A stretch of DNA of 63,886 bases, counting the filler, from Folioceros fuciformis (taxonomy: Eukaryota): assembly GCA_049999805.1 (NCBI GenBank). It is 8 parts of 8 records of this genome, joined end to end, with 100 filler letters (N's around TTAATTAATTAA, not from the genome) between each part and the next. Parts side by side here need not be neighbours in the genome. Positions count along the whole stretch, not along the records: positions 1 to 25,469 come from JBNGIO010004527.1; positions 25,570 to 32,817 come from JBNGIO010004530.1; 6 more parts are not named here. One strand, given 5' to 3'. Positions 20,395 to 32,389 of the stretch are shown one piece after another (position 1 is the stretch's first letter; each line of letters opens with the position of its first letter). Under the pieces are notes generated by a model that saw only the letters and a program-made list of their open reading frames with translations, was not told the DNA's origin and ran no database searches. The translations under genes and the position numbers were made by a program.

Positions 20395-23300
20395 ATGTCG
20401 AGCACTCGGCCAGCGGCTGAGAACATGTTGCGCGGGGAAGGTCGGCTGCAATCTTGGAGCATTCCACCGCGGCTGAGGCACATGCTGTGGCCGCTCGGGA
20501 GGCCGAAGCACGCGGTTGGGGACCTGGAGCTGGCCCAAGGCGGCACGGGCGTGGAGGCTGCCATGGCGCGGGCCGAGCAGGCTGCCCCGAATTCTCTCCC
20601 TCCTTCCTCACAGGAGGAGAAGAGGGGTGAGGATTGCGGGGGACAGAGGCAGCAGAAATTGGACGCTGCCGAGCTGGGCCGGCCCGAGGTGGCCAAGGGG
20701 CATCAGGATGAGCCTGTTTATCATCTGCGGGTACCGCAAGCTGGGCTTGGGGATGTGGGCTGTTGGGCAGATCCGAAGATTAAGTCACAGGACTCGGAGG
20801 CGGTACCGGTTGTGTCGCTGCTGCCAGATGAGATGGGGAACCTGAGGAAGCGTGTTGTGGAGGCAGACACACAAGAGGAAGACGTGGGCTGTACTGCCAC
20901 CCAGCGGCTGAGGGGATCGCGATTGGCGGTCCGGATGGCGACTCAAAAGGGATCCCAAGTGCACACGTCCCCCTCCCGAAAGCTTGCTGTGGCAAGCATG
21001 GAAGAACGAATTCAAGATTGGCTGGGTCGCTGCAGGCTGTCGCCAGAAGAGAGATCCCGGTTTTCACTCACGGCAATGGATGGAAGGGGTCTCCGTGCTG
21101 GATATGGAGGTCAAGGTGAATTTGAATCGGTGGGCTGCCGGAGGACGGCGGTTGGAGAAAGGAATGATTCGGTGTCTGGATTGAACGGAAATTCTTCTGG
21201 CCCGACTGGAGGCGAGCAGGGACGTGCGTTGAAAGGGAGCAGCCTGACGGTGGGTCCTCCGGAAGGAATATTGAAGGAATGTCACGAAGGTAAGGAGTTG
21301 GAGAGAGAGGAGTGGGCAATGTTTGAAGGAGCTGCAGCGGAGCCAGGGCAAGACGAGGCTGTGCGACAGACGTCCGTGCAGGCTGGTGGTATCGGGCAAG
21401 ACGCGGGGGATGATGTGGCTGCAAGGGATGCCACAAATTCTGGGCAGAAGTGTTGCTCTCCAAGTGCTCATAACGATGTGCCGTGTCGGGTCACCGTGGA
21501 CAGAATTGCGGCAGTCCAAGATGAAGGAGACAACTGGTTTCCGTTGCAAACATTTACACGGGAATATTTGACATCTAGCAACGGAGGCTATCGAGAAGAG
21601 ATGGACAGTGAGAGTATCCTTGGCTATTTCCCGTTGGTCACCAGTGTTCCACTTCAAACACAAGGTCGAGCCTCCCATGTTCCACAAGACAAACAAGGTC
21701 GGGAAAAATTATTTTCAGTTCCTGGACCTATTCTTCCAAGGAAACATGGAGTCCAGAATGTTGGAAGACCTGTGACTACAGCTCAGGTTGCTACACCGAA
21801 ATTTTCTCCTCCTGCACTTCAACTCCTGCTTTGTGCAGCAGCTCCCGCCGATGCACCGGGGGATGCTGCGACTTTTCCTGGCCAAACAGGTGTGCCACCT
21901 TTAGAAGCCCAACAACAGTTTTGCGTCTTGTGTCGCAATCCAGAGACACAAGAGAGCTTGTTGTGCGATAAGTGCCACAAAAGCTTTCACGTGGTTTGTC
22001 TGGGGATAGACCTCAGGACAGATGCCCTTCAGGAGGAATGGTTGTGTCCTTCCTGCAAGATTGATGAAGGTCCTTGGAGTTGGAAACTTAGAAAGGTAGG
22101 TGTAGGTGCACCTGTACGTGAGGCCCAGCGGCAAGGGCTCCGAAGTGCTGCCAGACAGACAGGGCATGCTGGCGCCTCCATTCAGGATGATGACAGATTC
22201 GGCAGGCAAGTTATACAGAGATCTCTCTTCTTCACGCACAAATTGTCGTTTGTGTAACTGATTCTCCTAATTTTTATCTTCTGCTTTGCAGATTTGAGGC
22301 TTCGGAGCTACGGAGCAATGGAACCTATGGCTCCACCATGAATCTCAGACGCAGGAAGGCTACCGACTCAGCCGTTGCGGACCAGCTTCCTTACGACGGT
22401 GGGCAGTCTCCATTCGAAGATTCCTTCATACTAGAAGACCCCTACTACAGAACCAAGTTTGCACCACGATTTTCAGAGGAGATTGTCCGGAAGTACGAAG
22501 CTCAAGCCGTGGAGAAACTGCGGATCTACATTGAAGACAAGGGTGGAGTGTTAGCGGAAGGATGGATCGGCCGATGCATGCTGGTGAAGCACAGGACGGC
22601 ACTGCAAGCGTATTATGTGTCTCCGAGAGGGAAGAGGTTCCAATCGAAAGTGCAGGTGGCAGATTATATGGGACTGATGTCATTAAAACCCAGGCAACCG
22701 CATTATTCCACTCAGCTGATGCAACCAGAGCAGTCGCAAAAGATGAAAATTGAAGCAGAAGCAGTGCAAAACTTGCGAAAGTTCATTGCTTCCATGAACG
22801 GCAATCTTGGACCAGGTTGGACAGCTCAAGTCGTTCCCAAGAAACACATACATGGCAGGATGCACATCTGCTATTGGTCTCCCGCACCGGACAAACTTCA
22901 GTTCAGAACGAAGATGAAGGTGGCACAGCACCTGGGTCTGGTGGATGAAGGACGTAACGATGTACATTTCACAGAACCAGACCAGACAGGACTTGAATCC
23001 GCTCCTCATCAGCAGGTCGCAAGCTCTGACGTCTCAGACCACCAGGAGCACCGGGAACAGTGTGCTTGCAGCGAAGGGATGAGAACCAATGAGCAGGAAC
23101 TAAGAGATCCAGATTTCCCTCGACAACCTTCTGCATATCAAGCTATGAACGAATTACAACCGAATTGGGATTCCTCGGTGGGAGGTGAAATGGCTGGGAG
23201 TAGTGCCGATTATTCAAGTGCTCGACATGTTCGAACCTTCGGACCAAACCAGTGGTTCAACATTGTTCCTTCCGTTGACATTACCGGTGGGCGAGAATTG

Positions 23301-25469
23301 CAATCAGCAGTGACAGTGAGTGTGCGACCTGAGGGCCGCCATCAGCATGCGTCCTTGAAGGACAAGGACGGCAGGCAGGAGGCTTTCATACTCGGGTCTA
23401 ATTTGGGCTTGAAGGGTTTGCCCACAGGCACTGGTGTCCCATCCACACCGCAGATTTCGAGCATCTCATGGGCCCCAAAACGCTCTGATGCAGCAGAGAT
23501 CCGCAGGAGCGTGGATGTAAGCTTACAGAGGTGGGTATATCATCTTGCATGCATCTGAATTCGCATGCTGCCTCAATTGACAGCAACTTGAAGTGGCTCG
23601 TTGGCAGGTGCATCAATGACTACCATGCTGTTGAAGACAACGGTGGCCATACAAGCCAGGATGCAACACTGTCGTCCGGACACAAATCACACAGGACTAC
23701 CGCCGCAGCTGGGCCCAACATTTCGAACAACGTGACTGACAACAAACTCACCTGTAACGGGTACCCTCTCTTCGTCCCTTTTGAAGATGCCATACCCAGC
23801 CGACCTATTTGGTGTCCTGCTCGTATGGATTTCTGTTAAATAAAATCTCCGACTGATCTACGGGACTGTGACTGGCTGGCAGTTGTAGATCGGACGAAGA
23901 TGCACTTGTCGACGATAATGCTGTCCCAAGAGGCAACACACGTGTGCCACCAGAAGCAGCAGATGACAACTCCAAGCGCAGCAAAGTGGTGGCATCAACG
24001 AGGGTGATGTGAGTGAAAAGCACACTCCTACGCCTAGACATACTCCTAGACCGCGCCGTACTTTGTTCTGAACACCCGGCTGTTTTGCAGGAATCTGGCA
24101 CGAATTGCTGCACCTGCAGAATGCAAAGATGTAAAAGGCGAAAAAACTATCCGACAGAGAGTTGAAGCAGCCACGAGGCAGGTTCTGTTGACGGAGATGT
24201 TCAGGCCACTGAAGAGATCCAAAATGAATGCTCCCCGGCCAGTGGAGCCGTGCGATGCTATGGCAGAAAGCAACTCAGGCACCGGTATCGGAGGTGCGAC
24301 AACGGGGGAGGTGGGTTCGACGAGCCATGGGCGTGCTTGCTCCACAACGGTTTATCAGGTGGACCCTCAGGCAGCTGGTAGATGGGATATGGAGGATACC
24401 CACATTAAAGCCTGCTTCTGCACACCGCGCGAACCCTTCCTGGACCAGCCAACGGAGCCACTGCACGACAAGACAGCCAACCCAGACGAAGTAGTTCCAG
24501 TAGCGGAGTCTGAGAAGCGCAAGGGGAGGAGAAAGACGGCCCAGGCCCAGCCCCAGGCCCAGGAATTAGAAAAACCTGATGACAATGGCAAGGAGGCGAG
24601 GACGAAAATGCCGAGAACACGAAGCAGAGATCAAGCACCTGTCGCAAGCGCGCAGGATGACGACACGCTCGGGCGGAGAAAGAGGATGAAAACTGTCACC
24701 AGAGAACCCCAACAGATGGGCAGGAACAGCAAAGACTCCACACATGCGGACCCAGAGCAGGAGAAAGAGGCACAGGCGGTCCCGCAACCAGGCAGACGGA
24801 GGGGACGGCCTCGCAAGGTGCTACTCCCCCCTCCAGAAATGGTGCCCGCTCAGAAACCAAAGCAGCAGCGGCCCACACCGGCGGCTGGAAAGCAATCAGC
24901 CCTTCCACAGCCTTTAGAGACACGCAGGGGTCGCCCCAGAGGAGCCCATGCAGTCGAAAACGTCCGCAGCATCCCCAAGCCCAAGAAGGCCGCCCGGGGG
25001 CCGCTCCAAGACTCTCCCCGAGACAGCTGCGAGTACGTGGAGGTGGACGCGCCATCCATCTTCAGCTTCCCTGCCGCAGTCGTGAAGGAGGAGCCCATCA
25101 GCGACGCTGAAACTGCGAACGTAGCGAGAAGTAGGAGACGGCGCGCTGAAGCCGTGCATGCATATGGGAGAAGTGCAAGGAGGGCTCGCATACAATCCGA
25201 GGACGAAGCCTGGGCGGAGGCCAAGGCCGACGCGGACGGGCCATGGATCCGGAACATCGTGGCTGTGCATGACGGCAACTACAGGGTGTGGGATGACCGG
25301 GGCTTCGCGGTGCCCGAGGACGAGCTCGGAATGGCAAGGACCGTGTACGGGGCTCGGCACAACCGCGTTGGCCGCGAGGTGTTCAGAGGCGACTACCGCG
25401 GCGTAATCGGGAACAGGAACGATGTGGCTGCGACTGGGCCAGGTCACAGGACCACGATTCGCAAGGACT
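20395..25469 (+). CDS. PHD + two MBD-like + AT-hook protein; exons about 20395-22205, 22292-23530, 23608-23760, 23889-24008, 24091->25469 (runs into gap)
   Basis: The PHD reads CVLC...LLCDKCHKSFHVVC...WLCPSC. MBD-like motifs read GW...YYVSPRGKRFQSKVQVADYM and GW...YWSPAPDKLQFRTKMKVAQHL, and AT-hooks are RRRGRPRK and RRGRPRG. All four proposed introns are phase 2 and keep the frame; the first is GC-AG (22206-22291). The start codon is uncertain. Confidence 0.8.
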
Positions 25470-25569
25470 NNNNNNNNNNNNNNNNNNNNNNNNNNNNNNN
25501 NNNNNNNNNNNNNTTAATTAATTAANNNNNNNNNNNNNNNNNNNNNNNNNNNNNNNNNNNNNNNNNNNN
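25470..25569. other. Artificial scaffold-join spacer (also near 32818-32917, 39928-40027, 42067-42166, 44910-45009, 60267-60366, 62431-62530)
   Basis: An N-run, TTAATTAATTAA (stops in all frames) and a second N-run recur identically seven times. Confidence 0.95.
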
Positions 25570-26380
25570 TGGCCTGGTCTTTCTCTTCCTTGTAGCTATG
25601 GGTCTCCCTCAATGAGCTCGGGAGCCACTTGGCGCGTTGCCCTTTTGGCAGGCACCGCATCGCCACCCATAATGCAGTGAGGAACGTTATGTTCTCTTTG
25701 CCTAAGGAGGGTGGCTTCTTCCCCTACAAGGAGCACCCTTATACCTTGCTAAACGACGTCTCCCTCATTGCAGAGCATTTCCTGACCGGGGGGGACCAGG
25801 TTTCTATAGTGGATGTGGTGGTCACATACTCCACTCGAACAACCATGAGCGAGCACGTCGTTATCAACCCCCGGGTTGGGCAACAAAAGGAAGCGCGACA
25901 AAGAAGACTTAAAAGTACAGGCCCATGCAGCAGGGTCACTTGTTCATCCCCCTTGCTATTGAGACGCATGGGGCCATGGGTAAGGATTTTTCCAGGTTTT
26001 TGAAGACATGCGCGAAGGTCCATCACGTCAGCAGAAGCGGCGTAGGGCTTCCCCTATCTGGCTGGCATTTTTCTAGCAACAGGTTTGGATTGCACTACAA
26101 TTGGCCTTAGCAAATGCAATTTTTCGTTTCGATTGCGCTACAAAAGGCCTTGGCAAACGGGATTTTTTGTTTCGATTGCGCTACAAAAGGCCTTGGCAAA
26201 CGCGATTTTTCGTTTCGATTGCGCTACAAAAGGCCTTGGCAAAAGCAATTTTGCGAACAACATCAAGCACGGTGGATGCGGCTTCAACAGGCCCCGATGG
26301 TAAGTAGGCCATACCTTATACGTGAATGTGACATCTTAGGGGCGATAGGGAGTTACAAGTTAGATAGACGAGGGAGCTAG
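25570..26380 (+). mobile_element. 3' remnant of a CRE-like non-LTR retrotransposon (CCHC finger + restriction-like endonuclease), frameshifted
   Basis: Motifs GSHLARCPFGRHRIATHNAVRN, DVVVT, FIPLAIETHGAMGKDF and IALQ.ALANA are typical of the RLE C-terminus. A 43-bp segment is triplicated at 26127/26170/26213. Confidence 0.8.
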
Positions 26381-26769
26381 ACATACGAGGACCCCATTTT
26401 TGGCTTTTCCTATTGTGGGTTGTTCCCCTTGTCATGGGGTAGATGAAACTTCCATCTATTTTTTTTCTATAAAGTCTTTAGGTTTCCTTATAATAAAATG
26501 CCTTTGATTTTTACATCTTAAACTCTCAAGAGTGCTTCATATGCACACTCTAAGACTTTGCTTAAGCCTCACATGGAGGTAAAATCTCATGGTTCGAACA
26601 TGTTGCCATAAGACATTTATTCTTGCTCACTTTTGAAATTACAATGGCTAGTGTGTAGTGTTACACACTAGCCACATTACAATCGCAAGAATTACTCTTC
26701 CTTCAACAATAAACATCATCCATTAAACAATACTCACGCATCACAACAATTACCACTAAACATCACTAA

Positions 26770-27100
26770 ACACTACCCAAAACAACACTAAACACCACCC
26801 AAAACAATTACTCTTCTTTAAACATCACCCAAAATAATTACTTGTTGCTGCACCCAAAATAATTACTTGTTGCTGCACCCAAAATAATTACTTGTTGCTG
26901 CACCCAAAATAATTACTNNNNNNNNNNNNNNNNNNNNNNNNNNNNNNNNNNNNNNNNNNNNNNNNNNNNNNNNNNNNNNNNNNNNNNNNNNNNNNNNNNN
27001 NNNNNNNNNNNNNNNNNACTTGTTGCTGCACCCAAAATAATTACTTATTGCTGCACCCAAAATAATTATTCTTCTTTAAGCATCACCCAAAATAATTGCT
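26770..27100. repeat. 25-bp minisatellite spanning a gap
   Basis: Tandem copies of cacccaaaataattacttgttgctg. Confidence 0.9.
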
Positions 27101-27391
27101 TGCTGATACACATAACTCAAAATTTCGTACAATTCTTAACTCCTTCCAATAAGTTTTCGTTCATCTGTCAAGACGAGAGCTCCACGCACGTGGATCCAAA
27201 TCCAGCTCAAGAACGGAGATGTCGCCAGCACGTCTTTCATATGAAAGAACAAATCCCTACAGAAAATAGGTTGCAAACCTGCGATATAGAGTTTTTCGGA
27301 ACCCGATGTGGATCTCATCTCACCCACTCCCCCCTACCCTCCGACCCCAACACGCCCTCCCTCAGTAGGGGATACGCTGGTGAGCACTTGA

Positions 27392-30300
27392 TCATTGGTC
27401 TACAAAATACTCGCCAGGCTTGTCAAACCTTAAGACACGTTGATCCAGTTTTTGCAGACAGAACCCCCGGGTCCTCATCTCTTCCGGACACTCCTTACTT
27501 TTCTGGTCCACAGCCTGAAACGTCCATCCCGCATTGTTCACGACAATGTTGGAAACTTGGACCTGAGAGGGAGCTAGCGTTTAGAAGATTATATCAGAAA
27601 GTAAGAACCAAAACAACCGTAGTGACCGTACCTTTGCTCCAGGCACGGCATGGATCTCCAGAGTTCCGTTGAGGGAGACATTGTGGNNNNNNNNNNNNNN
27701 NNNNNNNNNNNNNNNNNNNNNNNNNNNNNNNNNNNNNNNNNNNNNNNNNNNNNNNNNNNNNNNNNNNNNNNNNNNNNNNNNNNNNNTGGATAGAGATATC
27801 GTCACCGTCCAGTATCAGAGTGGATGACTGCGAGATTGTGCAGGAGCCAGTGACTTTCCTCTTCGCGTCTCGGAGTGTAAGAGCCCAAACAGGGCTCCAT
27901 ACGATGCGCGGCCACATTTCAACCTCCTGGCCGTTGAACGTGCCTAGTACGGGGTCCCCGATCTCGACACCAGCCTACAAGGACAAGGGACGCAAGAGCT
28001 TGGAACGAGCCTTCCACAGAAAATATAAGTCACCAAAGCGGGGTCATAAATACCTTCCGCAAAATGAGGCTGTTACACCTGTAGATTGCAAATTCACCTG
28101 AAGTTGCGCTGTGACGAGGATTTCCTAGCGGAACCTACCCAGCCCTCACCCTATCCAATATAAGGCTTGCCAGCACACGCTACTCCTACGCACAGGAATT
28201 CTTCACGGGACCCATTGCTGGGACATGAAAACAGATGCGACCAATACCTTAATTGCATCTTCAGCATTGTTTTTCACGGGGGCATAGGCAAGCCACACGT
28301 CCAACACCTGTGGACGACGTAGACAGTATTCATAGAGTCAGGGCACACAGGCCATGACATCTGCCACTTCCAAAGAGAACAAGTTTTTAACACTTACAGA
28401 AAAACCAACTCGGGCAGATGGCGCTAAAGTCCTTGGGTAATCTTGCATCATACATTCCAGCCTGGTGGAGGATCTGAAAGTTCTCTTGCTGGCATCTTCG
28501 TACCTGGTAGTTCAGCAGTCAGGCTAAATTCCGTCGGCAGACCTAATTTATGGCACACCCCTTTCCGTGAGGTTACAGCCTCCACAACACCACTGAGAAG
28601 TTGAGCACACATATACTACCAAACACTACTGATCAGGCCTGTGTAACACCACTGTCTCAGAGCCAAACGTGGGCAAGAGTGCCATTCATAAGATAGGACT
28701 GTCTGTCAGCGCGTCGTTGAGTGCTCAGGTCAAAGTGAAGAAATTTAGCGATCAACAAGTGGACCAGAACCCACAATCTGTCGGTCTTATTTCATCATGG
28801 CACCGTCTCTGACATGCAACACGTCCAAACGACCCCGGACGAGGTACATGCACAGAACAACTCTGAACATAAAAACATGTTACTACAATTAGCAAGTGAG
28901 GTACTCAGTTCAGCGGGAAGCTCAGCATGTGAATGATTGTTCATCCACAATCAGTTCTGTTGAGCTTGATCTTACATCTCATCCTCGCTACCTCAAAGAA
29001 TGAACCCATACCACTCTCGTGGAGGACACACTGTTACAGCACACGACACATTGCAGAAGGGAAGCCGGAGTACATGAACAAAATATACCAGGCAGTTCAG
29101 GAAAATAAAACTTTGAATGCGGAAAATTCAATGTTCACAACACGTTCTGTTCAGCTTGACATTTAGACCTCGTCCCAGCTACCTCAGGCAATCGTACATG
29201 GATGACAATACAACCACAGGTTCAGCCTCCTGTCAGGAAATACTAGATGCTAACTCTCCTCCGTGACCAGGGGAGGAAAGGAAAACTTCGAAAGTCCCGA
29301 GTGTATCACGTCAAACGGCATCACTCCGACATGCCTACCAATCTCCAGATGTAAGGACCGAGACAAGGCATGCAGAAGACCTTCAGCATCAGCGTCTGAA
29401 ATACGCCTCACGACTTTCACCTGAATAGGGGGTGATTGAGAGTCCAAAAGAACCTAAATAGAACTTCACATCTTGGGAGACTTATTTGAGACACCAAACA
29501 GGAAGGTTGGAAGTCAGGACAAACAATGAGGTGCTCAGTTCAGCGGGAAACTCTGCATGTGAATGACTATCCACAATAAGTTCTGTTGAGCTTGATCGTA
29601 TGAAAAAATCATCACCGCATCCTCAGTGCAATAAAGGAGCTAAAATCCCCGAAGTTGACAGCAAGGAGGACATTTTCAGGATAGGTTACACAAGAATTCA
29701 AGCTACTCAAAATGTCACGGCTGCTTGGGTCCTGAGGGATGAATCAACATGCGGGTGTTCAACCACTAGACGACCGGAGCCTCCTAGAAGAGGTCACGAG
29801 AGCCATCACAGCAAAATCCCACTTGAAAAAAAACAGGAAAACAACCAATGCACGGTAGAGGGTAGACATGTTTAGACAGACAACCTGGGATTCAAAAAAC
29901 CTGTGCAGCCCATAGAACTGTGGGAGAGAGATTTACTTGGGGTTTACAAACTCGGTAATTTTCCCCTTCGTACGTGACACTTCCACGAGGTACGGCTCAA
30001 GCTTGATTACAAGCTGCAAGATATACTCACGCGACCTTAGACTCTGAGTTTATCAGGGATGTCCAACAGCCAAGCAGTAGGGAAGCTTTGTACCTGATTG
30101 ATGTTACCAGGATATGGAGAAAATCCAGTCTCATCATTGACATCTCCGTTCGGGTTAACAGTGCTACGAAGCAAAGGATCAAGTTGATTGTATTCCACAT
30201 TGATGACCATCTGCTGACCTGGCGCAACACACCCACGGTTTTGAGCAGGCAGACAACATGACTTTGTAGCAGCGGACCCTGAAGCCAACCCCAAAATACT

Positions 30301-32311
30301 CGCAGTGCAATCAGAGATACATACCAGTGCTACCAGTAAGTCGGGCAATGCCACCAATAGGCTCCTTTGCTCTTCGCAAAACACACAGAGAGTTCACATC
30401 TAAATCTTGCACAAGACTGACCCCCAAGGATGCTGGAATAGCCTACAGAGTCATCCAGAACATATAAATCAATGCAACGAGCACAACACACCACAATTGC
30501 AGAAGAATCAACAAGACATGAACTAGCTACCTTGAAGAGAAGCCCGTTGGTATCTTGGAAAAACAAAAGCCACTTACGACCAGAAGCCTGCCTGTTGCCA
30601 CCTCAACAAAATTGGCACTGACAGAGCATAAGGGCGTGATAGCGCACCATCAGAATCTCAGTTTGCTTATCTCCACCCTTCACTGGTGCCTGATTCAGCC
30701 TGGGCAGGATACTGACCACTTCGGTAGTAGACCACTTGAGTACAGCACGGCATGTACGTCTCCATGACCATGCGGCTTTGTCTGGTAGCACACGAAACCG
30801 CATGACATTCAGATTGACAGAAAAAGTTGACCACAGAAATTGCGACGGTCAGGACAGAAGGCGTGCCTGAATGAGAAAAGGATCATGAGGGTCCAAGACG
30901 ATTGTTCCGTCGTTGTCACCTAGGCATGCAACTTTTTCCTGAGGAAAAAACGACATAATACATGAGCCATGGAAGTGCTTGGCATCACCTACGCAGCTTT
31001 GAGAAGGGTACGGTCGAACCTGCTTCAGCAAGTGAACCTGAACTGGATCCATGCCAAAATAATTATTTGTTTGCAGTAATACTTGAGTACGTCCATGGGT
31101 GTCATCAGATGTCATGATAACAAAAGGAATCTTTTCTGTCAGTCTCCCTGCACTCGATACAGACAGCTCAATCATTAGGTCACGAGAGCCAGGCCAGTCG
31201 GTTCCGAAAACATAGAATTGAAGCAAAACGATGGACGCCATAGAACAAAATTCCACAACAGCTGGTAACAGGCTTCATACCGAGCCAGAAATACATTCAA
31301 ACAACCGGGCCGACGGTCATCAGTACACCCTACAGGTTCGGAGGACTAACCTCGATTCACCCTGCTGCTTGCTTCCTGCAGCGCCAGGATACTGTCAACG
31401 TATAATTGCAAAAAGCAAGTCCCAGTAATAATCTCCGAAGGGAGAGCAACCTGCAAGGGCTTCAAAACTTAGACTTCAAGCCGCAGCATCACCACCCAAT
31501 GCCAATGGCGTTATCATAGGTAACACACCCAATTACTTTGATTCCGCCGTATCCTAGTCGCTCTCCAAGCCCACCGGCAACAAGAACAAACACAGCATGG
31601 GCAACCTCGGAGATCCCCGCGTCCTCGTACCGCATATACTCTTCATCTCCATACACAAGACGCTTTCCTGTAGGTACCTGCACCGGTCTAAAGGCATTGA
31701 TGCGGTACAGCATCCGACTCTAGACTGCACACAATTCCAGCAACCCTGTGCGACGATTCCTGTAGACAAGCGCATGCATGCATGCGCTAAAAGTCCTACC
31801 GACGGTGTGAACCCATCGAAGGGATTCTTCCCCGCTCTGGAATCAGCGAGAAGACGCCTGGCATTGCGAATGTACGTAGCCAGTCCACCAGGATAGTTTG
31901 CATCCAACTTCTCCACCTGACTCCACGCCCAACCCACTCAGCAACAGGATTCCCTTATCTCGTACCTCCAACAGTCCATGAGAAAGCCAGCCGCCTCACC
32001 TGCCTGAAGAACTTGAGCTTCTCCCCATCAGCAACGCCGGGACCAGGCCAGCCAGAGAAAAGATGACCTTGCCGCTCCTCCACAAGCATGCGCGCCAGCC
32101 TTTTCTGCCACCACCACCAGATACCGTGTCCCGAAACTCAGCCATCGAGTCACTCGAGATACATGCACGCCAGAGAGGAAAAGAAAACAATCGCCAGCAG
32201 GCTGCAGCTTCCACGCACCTGCGCGGTGGACAGAAGGGCGAGATTGGGCCCCAGATCCGGCCCAGCCCAGTCTGCTTGAGCGGCCTCCTGCAGGCTTCCA
32301 ACGGCAGCCAT
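27392..32311 (-). CDS. USP: UDP-sugar pyrophosphorylase, multi-exon
   Basis: Exons encode [16 protein letters not shown]...[77 protein letters not shown] and [12 protein letters not shown] is at 32311 and the stop is at 27394-27392. Confidence 0.95.
28721..28803 (-). ncRNA. Intronic C/D box snoRNA, U37/SNORD37-like guide for a 25S rRNA adenosine
   Basis: It has box C ATGATGA, box D CTGA and a terminal stem gtgc/gcac. The guide aatttcttcactttgac is complementary to conserved LSU rRNA GUCAAAGUGAAGAAAUU. The +5 rule targets the second A of GUCAAAG. Confidence 0.85.
28897..28995 (-). ncRNA. Intronic dual-guide C/D box snoRNA (snoR29-like), copy 1
   Basis: It has a terminal stem tgaggta/tacctca, box C AGGATGA, D' CTGA after tcaagctcaacag, C' TGGATGA and D CTGA after ttcccgctga. 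The guides pair with LSU rRNA UCAGCGGGG and CUGUUGAGCUUGA. Confidence 0.85.
29090..29186 (-). pseudogene. Degenerate third copy of the snoR29-like snoRNA
   Basis: It keeps cagttcag, ttctgttcagcttga and gctacctca at the same spacing as the intact copies, but the D guide and box C are eroded. Confidence 0.55.
29527..29625 (-). ncRNA. Intronic dual-guide C/D box snoRNA (snoR29-like), copy 2
   Basis: It has box C GTGATGA, the same two rRNA-antisense guides as copy 1, box D CTGA and a terminal stem tgagg.tgc/gcacctca. Confidence 0.85.
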
Positions 32312-32374
32312 CCTTCGACTGTGAAGACCTGAGTTTCCGCCCTAGATTTAAGTGTACACGTTACGTACTCCCGC

Positions 32375-32389
32375 TAGGGTTTAGGGTTT
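32375..32389 (-). promoter_or_regulatory. Double telo-box (AAACCCTAAACCCTA) in the USP 5' region
   Basis: tagggtttagggttt on the + strand lies about 65 bp upstream of the USP ATG. Confidence 0.6.

Noticed and set aside
25250-25469. Possible Tudor-like domain at the end of the PHD-MBD-AT-hook gene
   Set aside because: It is cut off by the gap and too short to assign.
25514-25525. Palindromic TTAATTAATTAA recurring seven times
   Set aside because: It is always centred in N-runs, so it is an assembly linker rather than biology.
29340-29820. Possible H/ACA snoRNAs (ACAnnn ends near 29350 and 29713, minus strand)
   Set aside because: I could not establish two hairpins, an H box or pseudouridylation pockets by eye.
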